Under the pieces are notes generated by a model. That model was not told where the DNA came from and made no database searches. It saw only the letters and a list, made by a program, of their open reading frames with translations. From an uncultured Planctomycetales bacterium (lineage in GTDB: Bacteria; Omnitrophota; Gorgyraeia; Gygaellales; Profunditerraquicolaceae): a DNA stretch of 64,000 nt. The DNA lies in NCBI GenBank assembly GCA_964427405.1, contig CAYRUB010000008.1:31428-95427 (forward strand), in the 5' to 3' direction. Shown here piece by piece: positions 20,472 to 30,056 of the stretch (position 1 is the first letter of the stretch; every line of letters begins with the position of its first letter). A program made the position numbers and the translations under genes.

Positions 20472-22389
20472 TCCACTCCTTTAATATTCCAGCCGCCTTA
20501 TTACGTAATTCCCTATTCCAGAAGAATTTCCTGCGGCTTAGTTGCCCGATATAACTAACTGCCTCAATAAACCGTAAATCAAAAGCAATCTGCATATTTT
20601 CAATAAGGAGCTTATTCTTGTTTCCTAAAAAGCTGTGGATTCCAAAGAGCAGATCTAAGGCATATTTTTTTGCCTGTGCGTCCAATATCAAAACAGAAAG
20701 CAGCCCATTTCTGAGTAACAACGAATTCGTATTGAACTGATGCGTAAGAAATGCAATATCCACTTTCTTTAATCTGCGCATGGCTTTTAATGCTTCAGAC
20801 TTAACCAATTCATTAGCGGAAAGATATATGTATTCTAACATGCTCAAAGTTACGGGCGTATCAATTTGGCCTAACGCATCGGTTAAGCTGCCAAGAAACT
20901 CTGTATCCTGAATTTTTTGATTCAATTTTTCATAAAAAGCTTTCAAGGCCCCCTGAAACAATCTTAAAAATAAACCTAAAACCTGCTTATTTACTTTTTC
21001 GGCGGTAAATATTTTATCCAGGTACAGGCCCGGCTCCTTGCTGGGAGAAGAAACCATCTCCAAAAGAAATTCCTGCTCAGAAGTAAGGAAACCGTTTAAA
21101 ACAATATTTTCAACAAAAGAAGAATAACTCCTTTCAAGATCAATACATGCTTTTATACCCTCTCCCTTTCTTTTGGCTAACACTCCCCAGAGATCTTTTA
21201 AGAAAACAACATTATTCTCCTCAAATACGCCAGCTAACTCTTTCTCTAAAATCTCTGCTGCCATTGTCAGGGTACCTGGGTTTTGATCGGTTGCAAATAC
21301 GCCTAAAACTATATAACGGTAATTTTCCCTGAGCATCTTATGGTCAAAAATAAGCTTGCCGGAAAAAGTGATCCCCTTGATCAAAGATTCAAGCGTATTA
21401 CGGTATACCGCAGAGAGAGGATCATCCTGAGCGGTACTTAATAAATTCCTAATTTTCTTTACTACCCCAGGGTTATCCCTTAAGTCCTGCGTTTCATTTA
21501 TTTTATTGAAAAATTTCTCGGTGATCTTGAGGGAATTTTTCTGTTCGGAAATCTTGGAAAAAAGCTGCAGGCTCAAAGTATCAAAATTATCCTCCTGCAT
21601 AAACCCTTCCTGGAGGAGGGCGCTAAAATCCTCCTGGCTTAAACCATTAAAAACCGGTTTGAGCCTTACCAATTTTTCCTGACTAAGGGTTTTTTTATTG
21701 CGCAGAAGCCAAAGAAAAACATCTTGCGTACATTTATCAAACTTTTCTTTATTTTTACCTCTTAAACAATCTAAAAACTCATTGACTTCGGAAGAAATGC
21801 CTTCGGCATCAAGAAGTTCTTTTTCACTGACCCGATTAATAAACGAGCCAAAATCATCCGCCAACTGCCCCAGCTTAACCGCATCATTGCTATGCACGGC
21901 ATATTTAAGCATATAGCCCCAGACATCGGCACACTCCTGGCCTTCCCCATGCAAAAATGCAGAATAATCCAGCTCATCTACCGTAAAATTAGTAAGTTGC
22001 TTTTTCTCTAAAAGCGCATTAATCCCGCCGTTTTTAAAAATATCCTTTTGTGGCAACGAAATTACAGAAAGAAGCTGAATTAACTCCTGAAGGATTACCC
22101 CATTCCTGATTTCTATATTTTTTATTTTACGCTGATGCAATAGACGGGCTAATTCGTCATAGAAACCGACTCTCGTAAGGATCTTTCCATCAACTACAAG
22201 TCCTGAATTAGTTACCCCGATTTTAAGCGGATTTAGAACAGCGAGGATAAGTTCAAGCTTAAGCTTAAGGTTCTCTACGGATTTAATAAAATAAGGATGG
22301 TCCTTGGGGTAAGAAAAAGCGTTGGTAAGCGCAACTTTTAAGCTGCGGAAAAAATCTTCAATTATTTGATCTTTATTCACAGAAGACAT
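20461..22389 (-). CDS. Uncharacterised 642-aa protein; its N-terminal ~120 aa is homologous to the N-terminal domain of the adjacent HD-GYP protein
   Basis: Long ORF with coding-like composition and no motif I recognise. Ungapped alignment of residues ~24-110 to HD-GYP residues ~18-105 shares a YxxHPxFxKS…IGV…G…L pattern (about 23% identity). Confidence 0.5.
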   Translation of the reverse strand: MSSVNKDQIIEDFFRSLKVALTNAFSYPKDHPYFIKSVENLKLKLELILAVLNPLKIGVTNSGLVVDGKILTRVGFYDELARLLHQRKIKNIEIRNGVILQELIQLLSVISLPQKDIFKNGGINALLEKKQLTNFTVDELDYSAFLHGEGQECADVWGYMLKYAVHSNDAVKLGQLADDFGSFINRVSEKELLDAEGISSEVNEFLDCLRGKNKEKFDKCTQDVFLWLLRNKKTLSQEKLVRLKPVFNGLSQEDFSALLQEGFMQEDNFDTLSLQLFSKISEQKNSLKITEKFFNKINETQDLRDNPGVVKKIRNLLSTAQDDPLSAVYRNTLESLIKGITFSGKLIFDHKMLRENYRYIVLGVFATDQNPGTLTMAAEILEKELAGVFEENNVVFLKDLWGVLAKRKGEGIKACIDLERSYSSFVENIVLNGFLTSEQEFLLEMVSSPSKEPGLYLDKIFTAEKVNKQVLGLFLRLFQGALKAFYEKLNQKIQDTEFLGSLTDALGQIDTPVTLSMLEYIYLSANELVKSEALKAMRRLKKVDIAFLTHQFNTNSLLLRNGLLSVLILDAQAKKYALDLLFGIHSFLGNKNKLLIENMQIAFDLRFIEAVSYIGQLSRRKFFWNRELRNKAAGILKEWNAR

Positions 22390-22423
22390 TTTACAACTTT
22401 AATATTCAGCTTGCAACTAATTT

Positions 22424-22476
22424 AATAGGGACAGCGACCATTTATTAAAGCTGACTAAATGTTCACTGTCCCTATT
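22424..22476 (-). promoter_or_regulatory. Hairpin with TAGGGACAG/CTGTCCCTA arms in the 5' region of the 642-aa gene
   Basis: aatagggacag-(31 nt)-ctgtccctatt. The same 9-mer arms recur at 30408-30435. Confidence 0.35.
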
Positions 22477-22506
22477 TAACAGGCAATTTCTGAGCTATTC
22501 TCTTAC

Positions 22507-23865
22507 TTATACCAAGCCCTGATCAAGCATGGCATCGGCTACCTTAACAAACCCGGCAATATTTGCTCCATTAACATAATTAACATGCCCGGCTTCCTTG
22601 CCATATTTAACACACTGCTCATGTATAGCAATCATTATATCATGCAACCTTTTATCCACTTCTTCGCGTGTCCAAGATAACCTGGCACTATTCTGGCTCA
22701 TTTCAAGGCCGGAAGTAGCTACGCCGCCGGCATTTGAAGCCTTGCCAGGGGCATAAAGGATCTTAGCCTTCTGGAATACTTCAACCCCTTCCGGAGTTGT
22801 GGGCATATTCGCACCCTCAGCAACAGCGATACAACCATTTTTCACTAAAGCCTTGGCATCATTCTCATCTATTTCATTCTGAGTAGCAGAAGGAAAGGCA
22901 ACATCGCATTTTACATTCCATGGCCTCTGTTTCTCAAAATATTTACAATTAAACTCTTTGGCGCATTCCTTAATCCTGCCGCGCTTAACGTTCTTCAATT
23001 GCAAAACGCAATTAAGTTCTTTCTTGTCAATACCATCTTTATCGTAAATATAACCGTCGGAATCAGACAGGGTTACCACTTTAGCCCCCATCTGTATAAG
23101 CTTCTCTACGGTATATTGAGCCACATTACCCGAACCAGATACCGCGCAGGTTTTTCCTTTTAAGGAATCGCCTTTAGTCTTAAGCATCTCTTCCGCGAAA
23201 TATACGCAGCCATAGCCGGTAGCTTCCGGTCTGATCAAACTGCCGCCCCAGTTAAGGCCTTTACCTGTAAGCACACCTGAGAATTCATTACGTAATCTCT
23301 TATATTGCCCGAATAGATAACCAATCTCGCGGCCGCCGGTGCCGATATCTCCGGCAGGCACATCAGTATTAGGTCCGATATGGCGGAAAAGCTCGGTCAT
23401 AAAACTCTGACAGAACTTCATTACTTCATTATCCGACTTACCCTTAGGATCAAAATCTGATCCGCCTTTTGCCCCGCCCATTGGTAAAGTGGTAAGCGCG
23501 TTCTTAAAAACCTGTTCAAAAGCCAGGAATTTCAATATCCCTATATTCACGCTCGGATGTAAACGTATTCCGCCTTTATAAGGGCCGATGGCGCTGTTCA
23601 TCTGGATACGAAAACCGCGGTTAATCTGAAACTCTCCCTGATCATCAAGCCAGGGAACGCGGAATATAATTGTCCTTTCCGGTTCAATCATTCTTTCCAA
23701 TATCTTGGCTTTCTGATATTTAGGGTTTTTCTCAATAAAAGGCATTACCGATTCCACAACCTCCCGCACCGCCTGATGAAACTCTGTTTCACCGGGGTTC
23801 CTCTTTGCAACTAAATCCATAAACTCTTCAGTCTTCTTTGACATTATTATTCTCCTTTCCCGCAA
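22507..23865 (-). CDS. gdhA: NADP-specific glutamate dehydrogenase
   Basis: 452 aa. KGGIRLHPSVNIGILKFLAFEQVFKNAL…PMGGAKGGSDFDPKG and GxGNVA Rossmann; hexameric GDH family. Confidence 0.9.
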   Translation of the reverse strand: MRERRIIMSKKTEEFMDLVAKRNPGETEFHQAVREVVESVMPFIEKNPKYQKAKILERMIEPERTIIFRVPWLDDQGEFQINRGFRIQMNSAIGPYKGGIRLHPSVNIGILKFLAFEQVFKNALTTLPMGGAKGGSDFDPKGKSDNEVMKFCQSFMTELFRHIGPNTDVPAGDIGTGGREIGYLFGQYKRLRNEFSGVLTGKGLNWGGSLIRPEATGYGCVYFAEEMLKTKGDSLKGKTCAVSGSGNVAQYTVEKLIQMGAKVVTLSDSDGYIYDKDGIDKKELNCVLQLKNVKRGRIKECAKEFNCKYFEKQRPWNVKCDVAFPSATQNEIDENDAKALVKNGCIAVAEGANMPTTPEGVEVFQKAKILYAPGKASNAGGVATSGLEMSQNSARLSWTREEVDKRLHDIMIAIHEQCVKYGKEAGHVNYVNGANIAGFVKVADAMLDQGLV

Positions 23866-23868
23866 GGG

Positions 23869-23947
23869 AACACCCGCGCAATTGCGCTACCTAGCGCACA
23901 CCGACGCAATACCTATTGGCGTCGAGTGATTGTCAGCGCGGGGTGTT
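23869..23947 (-). promoter_or_regulatory. Stop-codon-anchored structured element (UAACACCCCGCGC…GCGCGGGUGUU on the transcript) between nfnB and the gdhA RBS
   Basis: 11-12-bp outer stem aacacccgcgc/gcgcggggtgtt, inner GCGCAATTGCGC palindrome and cgacgc/gcgtcg hairpin. Its 5' arm includes the nfnB TAA. An AGGAGA RBS follows. A paralogous copy is at 53723-53756. Confidence 0.5.
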
Positions 23948-25364
23948 ATTTAGAAAGCTCATCTATTATTGCCCTGGAGGCTTTCTTAGCCATTCCCATG
24001 GCCTCAATAACAGTACCCTCCCCGCCAACAATATCTCCGCCGGCAAAAACACCTTTAATGGAACTTTCCATGCTTTCAGAGTCCACGATGACATCTGAAT
24101 ATTTATCGGTCTTTAGTTCCGGCGTAGCGTTGATCAGGATCTGGTTTGCTTTCAAGCCTACTGCTATCACGCATAAATCACAATCAAGTTCAAACTCGCT
24201 TCCTTCAATAATAACCGGCCTTCTCCTGCCCGAGCTATCCGGCTCGCCTAATTTTGACCTCAGGCAAATCAATTTCTTGACAAATCCCTGCTCGTCCCCG
24301 ATAAATTCTTTTGGCTGGACCAGAAATTCAAATTTTATCCCCTCTTCCCTGGCATGCTCTATTTCCAGCCGCCGGGCAGGCATTTCAATCTCCGTGCGCC
24401 GATAGATAACCGTAGTATTAAGCGCAAAGCCTTTTATCTTCTGCAGCCTTAGAGCAACCCTGGCAGAATCCATAGCGGTATTTCCACCGCCAACAATCAA
24501 AACATTCTTGCCTATATTAACCGGCGTGTGAAATTCTGGGAATTTATACGCAGACATTAAGTTTACCCGAGTAAGAAATTCATTTACCGAATAAATATTA
24601 CAAAGGTTTTCGCCGCCGATCCCCAAAAAAGAAGGCACTCCGGCTCCCAACCCCAGGAATACTTTTGAGTAACCCTGAGCAAACAATTCCTTAATCGTCC
24701 TGGCTTTTCCCACAAGGAAATTAGTAATAAAATTTACCCCTAATTTCTTCAGGTAATTTATTTCAAAATCCAGGACATCCCAGGGCAGCCTGAATGGCGG
24801 AATACCATATCTTAAGACGCCGCCGGTTTTGTGCAGGCTTTCAAAGATATCAACTTTTATGCCTTTACGGGCTAATTCTCCGGCGCAGCATAATCCTGCA
24901 GGGCCTGACCCAACCACCGCTACTTTAAATTTAGAAAACTTTTCCTCTTTCTCCACCGGAACATCCAAATTATTATTTTTACCGTAATCTCCCGCAAAAC
25001 GCTCCAGGAAATGAATATTGATTGCCTGCTCCGATGCAAAAGGCGAGCCTTTTTTAGTAAGAATGCAGGCCTTGCGACACTGATATTCAGCAGGGCAAAC
25101 CCTACCGCAAATAGAAGGGAAATTACTCTTCTCTCTGATGGCAAAATAGGCAGAACGGTAATCTTTTTGAGTAATATGGTAAATGAATTTCTTTATATCA
25201 ATACCCACCGGGCAGCCGCTGCTGCAAAGAGGATTCTTGCACTGCAGGCACCTTGAGGCTTCCAATAAAGCCTCTTCTTCAGAGTAGCCTTTAACTACCT
25301 CCTCAAAATTACCTACCCTTATTTCTGCGCTTGCCTCTCTAACTTTTACCGGTTCTTTTTTCAT
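23946..25364 (-). CDS. NfnB-like / glutamate-synthase small-subunit-like FAD/NAD(P) oxidoreductase with N-terminal 2x[4Fe-4S]
   Basis: CLQCKNPLCSSGCP ferredoxin motif and VAVVGSGPAGLCCAGELARKG FAD-binding GxGxxG. Start assigned to MKKEPVK (ATG 25364) rather than 25484, to avoid a 116-nt overlap with nfnA; 4-nt gap. Confidence 0.75.
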   Translation of the reverse strand: MKKEPVKVREASAEIRVGNFEEVVKGYSEEEALLEASRCLQCKNPLCSSGCPVGIDIKKFIYHITQKDYRSAYFAIREKSNFPSICGRVCPAEYQCRKACILTKKGSPFASEQAINIHFLERFAGDYGKNNNLDVPVEKEEKFSKFKVAVVGSGPAGLCCAGELARKGIKVDIFESLHKTGGVLRYGIPPFRLPWDVLDFEINYLKKLGVNFITNFLVGKARTIKELFAQGYSKVFLGLGAGVPSFLGIGGENLCNIYSVNEFLTRVNLMSAYKFPEFHTPVNIGKNVLIVGGGNTAMDSARVALRLQKIKGFALNTTVIYRRTEIEMPARRLEIEHAREEGIKFEFLVQPKEFIGDEQGFVKKLICLRSKLGEPDSSGRRRPVIIEGSEFELDCDLCVIAVGLKANQILINATPELKTDKYSDVIVDSESMESSIKGVFAGGDIVGGEGTVIEAMGMAKKASRAIIDELSK

Positions 25365-25368
25365 AAAT

Positions 25369-26199
25369 TTAAGATGCTGGAAAAAGGTTACAGATATGTT
25401 TTTCCTGAAGGCTATAAACTTTATTTCTCTTCTCCAGTTCTTCCCAATCAACTCCGTGGCCGTCAAAATCCGGGCCGTCAACACAACTGAATTTTACCTT
25501 ACCCGATACACTCACCCGGCAGCAGCCGCACATACCGGTAGCATCAACCATCAGCGCGTTGAGCGAAACTAAAGTTTTAGTATTATATTCTTTACTAACC
25601 AGCGCCACTCTTTTCATCATAGGAATAGGCCCGACAGAATAAATCAAATCATATTTATCTTTACTCAAAAGCTCCTTTAGCATATCAGTGGTAAAACCTT
25701 TCCTCCCGTAAGAACCATCATCAGTCATAATATAAATCTGATCCGATGCGCTTTTAAGTTCAGCTTCCAGTATAAGCAGGTCTTTATTCCTGGAACCAAG
25801 AATAGTTGTAATATGATTGCCCGCCTCTTTTAATGCGCGGGCAACCGGCAGAATTTCGGCAATCCCTACGCCTCCGCCGACTAAGATTACTTTCCCAAAC
25901 TTTTTTATTTCCGTAGGATGCCCCAAAGGCCCGACCAAAGAGTAAAGTGTATCACCGGGATTTAATTTGCCCAAGCTCTTAGTAGTAAAACCTGCCTCTT
26001 GAAAAATAAGACTCACGACCCCTTTAGTTTTATCGGTATTTACCAAAGTTAAAGGGATTCTCTCGCCTTTTTCGCTAGCCATTAACATCACAAATTGGCC
26101 CGGCAAAGCTTTAGAGGCAATATCACTGGATGCGATATCCAGCTGGGTAATCTTTACGCCGCCAACATCATTAATAACCTTCTTATTGATTATTTTCAT
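25369..26199 (-). CDS. NfnA/PyrK-like ferredoxin-NADP reductase subunit (FAD plus [2Fe-2S])
   Basis: 276 aa. FNR-like fold, and C-terminal CGCCRVSVSGKVKFSCVDGPDFDGH cysteine cluster as in PyrK/SudB. Confidence 0.75.
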   Translation of the reverse strand: MKIINKKVINDVGGVKITQLDIASSDIASKALPGQFVMLMASEKGERIPLTLVNTDKTKGVVSLIFQEAGFTTKSLGKLNPGDTLYSLVGPLGHPTEIKKFGKVILVGGGVGIAEILPVARALKEAGNHITTILGSRNKDLLILEAELKSASDQIYIMTDDGSYGRKGFTTDMLKELLSKDKYDLIYSVGPIPMMKRVALVSKEYNTKTLVSLNALMVDATGMCGCCRVSVSGKVKFSCVDGPDFDGHGVDWEELEKRNKVYSLQEKHICNLFPAS

Positions 26200-26235
26200 A
26201 TCTGATTCTGCCTAATTATTATGCAGTAGTAGTGA

Positions 26236-26278
26236 TAAAAAAAGACGCCCCAAACAACTGTCTGGACGTCTCTGTCCC
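26236..26278 (-). terminator. Possible intrinsic terminator after hydF
   Basis: Minus strand: GC-rich imperfect hairpin gacgtccagacagttgtttggggcgtc followed by TTTTTTT. Confidence 0.3.
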
Positions 26279-26317
26279 CCGTTGAACCAAATCTCCGTTA
26301 TATTATTACCTATCAGC

Positions 26318-27538
26318 TTATTTGTCAAGATTTATCTTAACCAGGCCGCCTTTAAACGGTTCGATTACCCGCTCAAGGATACCGGAAAGATAGGCCATCA
26401 GCACGCCATAATTAGTAATCGGCACACCTGCGGCTTTGGCCTTTTCAATACGGTGCATAATTTCCCTGCGGTTAACCATACAGCCTCCGCAGGAAATAAT
26501 CAGTTTATACCTGCTTAGCCCTTCAGGAAAATCCCCTCCTGCAGTAACTTCATAATGCAAATCTTTCTTGGTATAATTCAATAGCCAGGTAGGGATCTTG
26601 GTGCGTCCAATATCCTCCGGCTGCACGTGATGCGTACAGGCCTCGGCAATTAAAATCTCATCGCCATCTTTTAATTCTTCCAAAGCATAAACACCCTGGA
26701 TATAAGCGTTGAGGTCACCCTTATGCCTGGCAAAAACCGTGGAGAAAGAGGTTAAAGGTATATCTTGAGGCAGCATATCGCGCACATCCTCAAAAACCTG
26801 TGAATCAGTAATTACTAATCGCGGCTTTTCTTTTAGCGCTTTAAGACAATCCAATAATTCCGTCTCTTTTGTAACCAGGGCTGTAGCGTTATTATCCAGG
26901 CAATCGCGCATAACCTGCACTTGAGGAAGAATTAACCTGCCCTGAGGCATAGCGTTGTCTATGGGACAGACCAAAACAACCACATCCTTAGGCTTAATTA
27001 TATCTCCTACCAGAGGGATAGGCGACCAATGCCCGGGAGCCAACTCCATAATTTTTGCCTTTAACTCTTTAATCCCTTGCCCTGTCTTAGAACTTACTTT
27101 TATAAAAGCAAGCTTGTTATTTTCTAAATAATCCTGCGCTGCTTTTCCGGCTAATTCAGATTTATTAATTATAAACAAAAACGGCAGCTTTTTGCCCTGA
27201 AAAGTCTTAATCAAATCTTCTTCAAAATTATCAATCAACGTATCCGGCTGGACAACAATCAAACCTACATCGGTTTTCCTTAATACCACTAGCGTTCTTT
27301 TGACTCTTTCCTCTCCCAGAACCCCCTGATCGTCAATGCCGGCAGTATCAATTAACATGCATGGGCCGATAGGCAGAATTTCCATTGCCTTATAAACCGG
27401 ATCCGTGGTTGTTCCGGCAACATCAGAAACAATTGCCGTATCCTGGCCGGTGAACGCATTAATCAAACTGGATTTTCCTGTGTTTCTTTTGCCGAATATG
27501 CCTATATGCAACCTGTTGCTTGCCGGTGTCCTATACAT
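26318..27538 (-). CDS. hydF: [FeFe]-hydrogenase maturation GTPase HydF
   Basis: G1 motif GKRNTGKSSLINAF; C-terminal EACTHH…CGGC FeS-binding motif (CxHx~45HCxxC). Confidence 0.8.
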   Translation of the reverse strand: MYRTPASNRLHIGIFGKRNTGKSSLINAFTGQDTAIVSDVAGTTTDPVYKAMEILPIGPCMLIDTAGIDDQGVLGEERVKRTLVVLRKTDVGLIVVQPDTLIDNFEEDLIKTFQGKKLPFLFIINKSELAGKAAQDYLENNKLAFIKVSSKTGQGIKELKAKIMELAPGHWSPIPLVGDIIKPKDVVVLVCPIDNAMPQGRLILPQVQVMRDCLDNNATALVTKETELLDCLKALKEKPRLVITDSQVFEDVRDMLPQDIPLTSFSTVFARHKGDLNAYIQGVYALEELKDGDEILIAEACTHHVQPEDIGRTKIPTWLLNYTKKDLHYEVTAGGDFPEGLSRYKLIISCGGCMVNRREIMHRIEKAKAAGVPITNYGVLMAYLSGILERVIEPFKGGLVKINLDK

Positions 27539-28601
27539 TCGAATCCACCCTTCCTTGTTTTAAAGAATCAGCTTTTGAATAATCAATAAACCTGCCCAAA
27601 TCTTTAGCCATACCATCCATACAAAAATTACACGCACCTACCGGTTCATTAACGCATTTTTTCTGTGGATATATCTCATAAAGTTTACGATATGGCTGCG
27701 GAGTAAAACTCGGCATTAAAACATTTGCCCCGCATCTTAAACCATCTACCCTGTAATCTTTATCCAGGCTCCCCAAGGCGGTAGTAGCAGGAATATGTGC
27801 ATTTTTAGTGACTATGCGGGTTAAGGCAATAGTTTTTAAACTAAGCAGCGCATCACCTTTTTGCTGACCGGCAAACTGAGTATCCTGATGTGGGATAAAC
27901 GGGCCTATGCCGATCATATCAAAATCACCACGCTTAAAAAATATAATATCCTGCGCAATCGTTTTTAAAGTTTGCCCGGGGAGGCCGATAATATTACCCG
28001 AACCAACCTGATAGCCTAATTTTTTTAAAACCCGCAGGCAATCTAGGCGCTGTTTGAAATCCATTTGCGGATGCATAGATGAATATAAGGCTCCATCGGA
28101 GGTTTCTATTTTTAATAAATACCGGTCAGCCCCGGCCTCCCTCCAGACCTTGTAATCAAGCGCGCTTCTTTCGCCGACGGCAAGGGTGATTGCTATATCA
28201 AAACTGGATTTTATTTCCCGGATAATATCTCTTAACCACGGGATATCCAGGCCGCTATCTTCTCCAGACTGTAAAACTACAGTCTTAATATTACACAAGG
28301 CAAGATACCCAACCGCCTTAAGTAGTTCATCCTTATTCATCCGGTAACGCTCCAATTTACGGTTATTTTTATTCAAGCCGCAATAGAAACACTCCCGGAA
28401 ACAAAAGTTAGAAAATTCTATTATCCCCCGCAAAACAATGCCATCGCCGCAAAACTTTTTTCTTATGTTATCGGCAAAGAAAAATAGTTCATTTAACTCA
28501 TCCTTGCCGCTTAAAGATAAAATCTGCCCTAAATCTTCAAGGTCAGGTAAAGGAGCGTTATGAACTCTATTTAAACACTCATTTAGCTTAGACATACTCA
28601 T
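27531..28601 (-). CDS. hydE: [FeFe]-hydrogenase maturase HydE (radical SAM)
   Basis: CFRECFYCG CxxxCxxC motif near residue 65. 356 aa BioB-like. Overlaps hydG and hydF. Confidence 0.8.
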   Translation of the reverse strand: MSMSKLNECLNRVHNAPLPDLEDLGQILSLSGKDELNELFFFADNIRKKFCGDGIVLRGIIEFSNFCFRECFYCGLNKNNRKLERYRMNKDELLKAVGYLALCNIKTVVLQSGEDSGLDIPWLRDIIREIKSSFDIAITLAVGERSALDYKVWREAGADRYLLKIETSDGALYSSMHPQMDFKQRLDCLRVLKKLGYQVGSGNIIGLPGQTLKTIAQDIIFFKRGDFDMIGIGPFIPHQDTQFAGQQKGDALLSLKTIALTRIVTKNAHIPATTALGSLDKDYRVDGLRCGANVLMPSFTPQPYRKLYEIYPQKKCVNEPVGACNFCMDGMAKDLGRFIDYSKADSLKQGRVDSNV

Positions 28602-30039
28602 CTCTTAAACCAGAATCAACGTGCGCAAAGAAAAGCTTGAGCATCTCCTGTTCAGCAGGCTCTAACTGTTTAGAGTAATGCGCGATCATTTTATAACCCG
28701 TATCTTTAACCAGAGTTGACGCAAAATCATCAAGATATTCTTTAAGCGTAATCAAGGCATTCATGCTGCACTTACCTTTGATTGTCCCGGGCTTAGCCAG
28801 TTTCATAAAAGCCTTGCCGGTTCTTTCTTTGCGGTAACAAGCGGCGCAAAAAGAAGGAATATAGTCGTGGTTGATCAAAGAAGCAACAATTTCTTCAATA
28901 GTACGATTATCACCAAGAGAAAATTGGCTTCCGGCCTTTTCGGAAGCCATGCCGGCTTTTTCGGCAGTTATGCCTGCCTGCCGGTCAGACAGGCCGGCGC
29001 TAGCTTCCCTGTTATCAGAATAGCCGCCGGGCGAAGTAGAAGATTCTGCGCTGACTTGCGAAACTCCCAGACTAAGCAGCGCATCGCGCATCGCGGCAGA
29101 TTCGCGGGTAGACATAATAATACCGGTGTACGGCACAGATAGCCTTAAAACAGCAACCACCTTTTTAAAATCTTCATCGGAAATTTTATACGGCGGATTA
29201 AAAGAAAGTTCCGCCCCCTCTGCCGGTTCAATACGCGGCACGGATATTGTATGCGGCCCGACATTAAACTCCTTCTCCATATGCTCTATATGAGAAAGTA
29301 ACCCTAATGTCTCAAACTTCCAATCATATAAACCATAAAGCGCACCAATACCTATATCATCAATTCCTGCCTCAAATGCCCTATCCGGTGCGCTAATCCG
29401 GTTATCCGGATCACTCTTTGGACCACTGACGTGCATCGCTCGATAGGTTTGATCATGGTAAGTTTCCTGAAAGATTTGAAAAGTTCCAATACCAGAGGCT
29501 TTTAATTTCTTAAAATCAACAACACTTAAAGGCGCACAGTTAACATTTACCCTTTTAATTCTATGTTTACCTACTTGTACAGAATAAATGGCCTTAACCG
29601 CCTGGACATAATAATCAATGTTTGATAAACCTGCGGGAGCTGCTTCACCGCAAACCGCCAATATCCTCTTATGCCCGCGCCTTAAGAGCCACTGAATCTG
29701 CTGGGTAATTTCAGAGGTAGTAAGCGCCTTACGCTTAATACCGGAGTTATTTGATTTAAAACCGCAGTATTGACAGTTATTTACACAGAGATTACTGATA
29801 TAAAGCGGCGCAAAAAGCACCACCCTCCTGCCGTAAATAGCATCTTTAACAAAGCTTGCCGCCTTAAATATTCTCTGGATATATTCCGGATCCTTAACCG
29901 AAAGCAAAACCGCAGACTCTTCCAACGTTAAACGTTGAAGTGATTTTGCCTTTTCCAGGATAGCATCAAGCTTACGGCTATCAAACTTAGCCGCATCAGC
30001 AAGCAAATTATTTATTCTTTCTTCATTGATGTATTTCAT
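28588..30039 (-). CDS. hydG: [FeFe]-hydrogenase maturase HydG (radical SAM, ThiH-like)
   Basis: CVNNCQYCGF radical-SAM motif; C-terminal CAACYRKERTGKAFMKLAKPGTIKGKC (CxxC…C). Contains an A/E/K/G-rich low-complexity insert (AGITAEKAGMASEKAG). Confidence 0.8.
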   Translation of the reverse strand: MKYINEERINNLLADAAKFDSRKLDAILEKAKSLQRLTLEESAVLLSVKDPEYIQRIFKAASFVKDAIYGRRVVLFAPLYISNLCVNNCQYCGFKSNNSGIKRKALTTSEITQQIQWLLRRGHKRILAVCGEAAPAGLSNIDYYVQAVKAIYSVQVGKHRIKRVNVNCAPLSVVDFKKLKASGIGTFQIFQETYHDQTYRAMHVSGPKSDPDNRISAPDRAFEAGIDDIGIGALYGLYDWKFETLGLLSHIEHMEKEFNVGPHTISVPRIEPAEGAELSFNPPYKISDEDFKKVVAVLRLSVPYTGIIMSTRESAAMRDALLSLGVSQVSAESSTSPGGYSDNREASAGLSDRQAGITAEKAGMASEKAGSQFSLGDNRTIEEIVASLINHDYIPSFCAACYRKERTGKAFMKLAKPGTIKGKCSMNALITLKEYLDDFASTLVKDTGYKMIAHYSKQLEPAEQEMLKLFFAHVDSGLRDEYV

Positions 30040-30056
30040 AAAATTACCTCGTTCGA

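Noticed and set aside
23946-25484. Longer nfnB start at 25484 given by the ORF track
   Set aside because: It would overlap nfnA by 116 nt. The internal ATG at 25364 (MKKEPVK…) gives a 4-nt gap and a family-typical length, so it was preferred.
28588-30039. Low-complexity AEKAG-rich insert in HydG as a novel domain
   Set aside because: Short (about 25 aa), compositionally biased, and in a region that is variable in HydG/ThiH. Likely a linker expansion.
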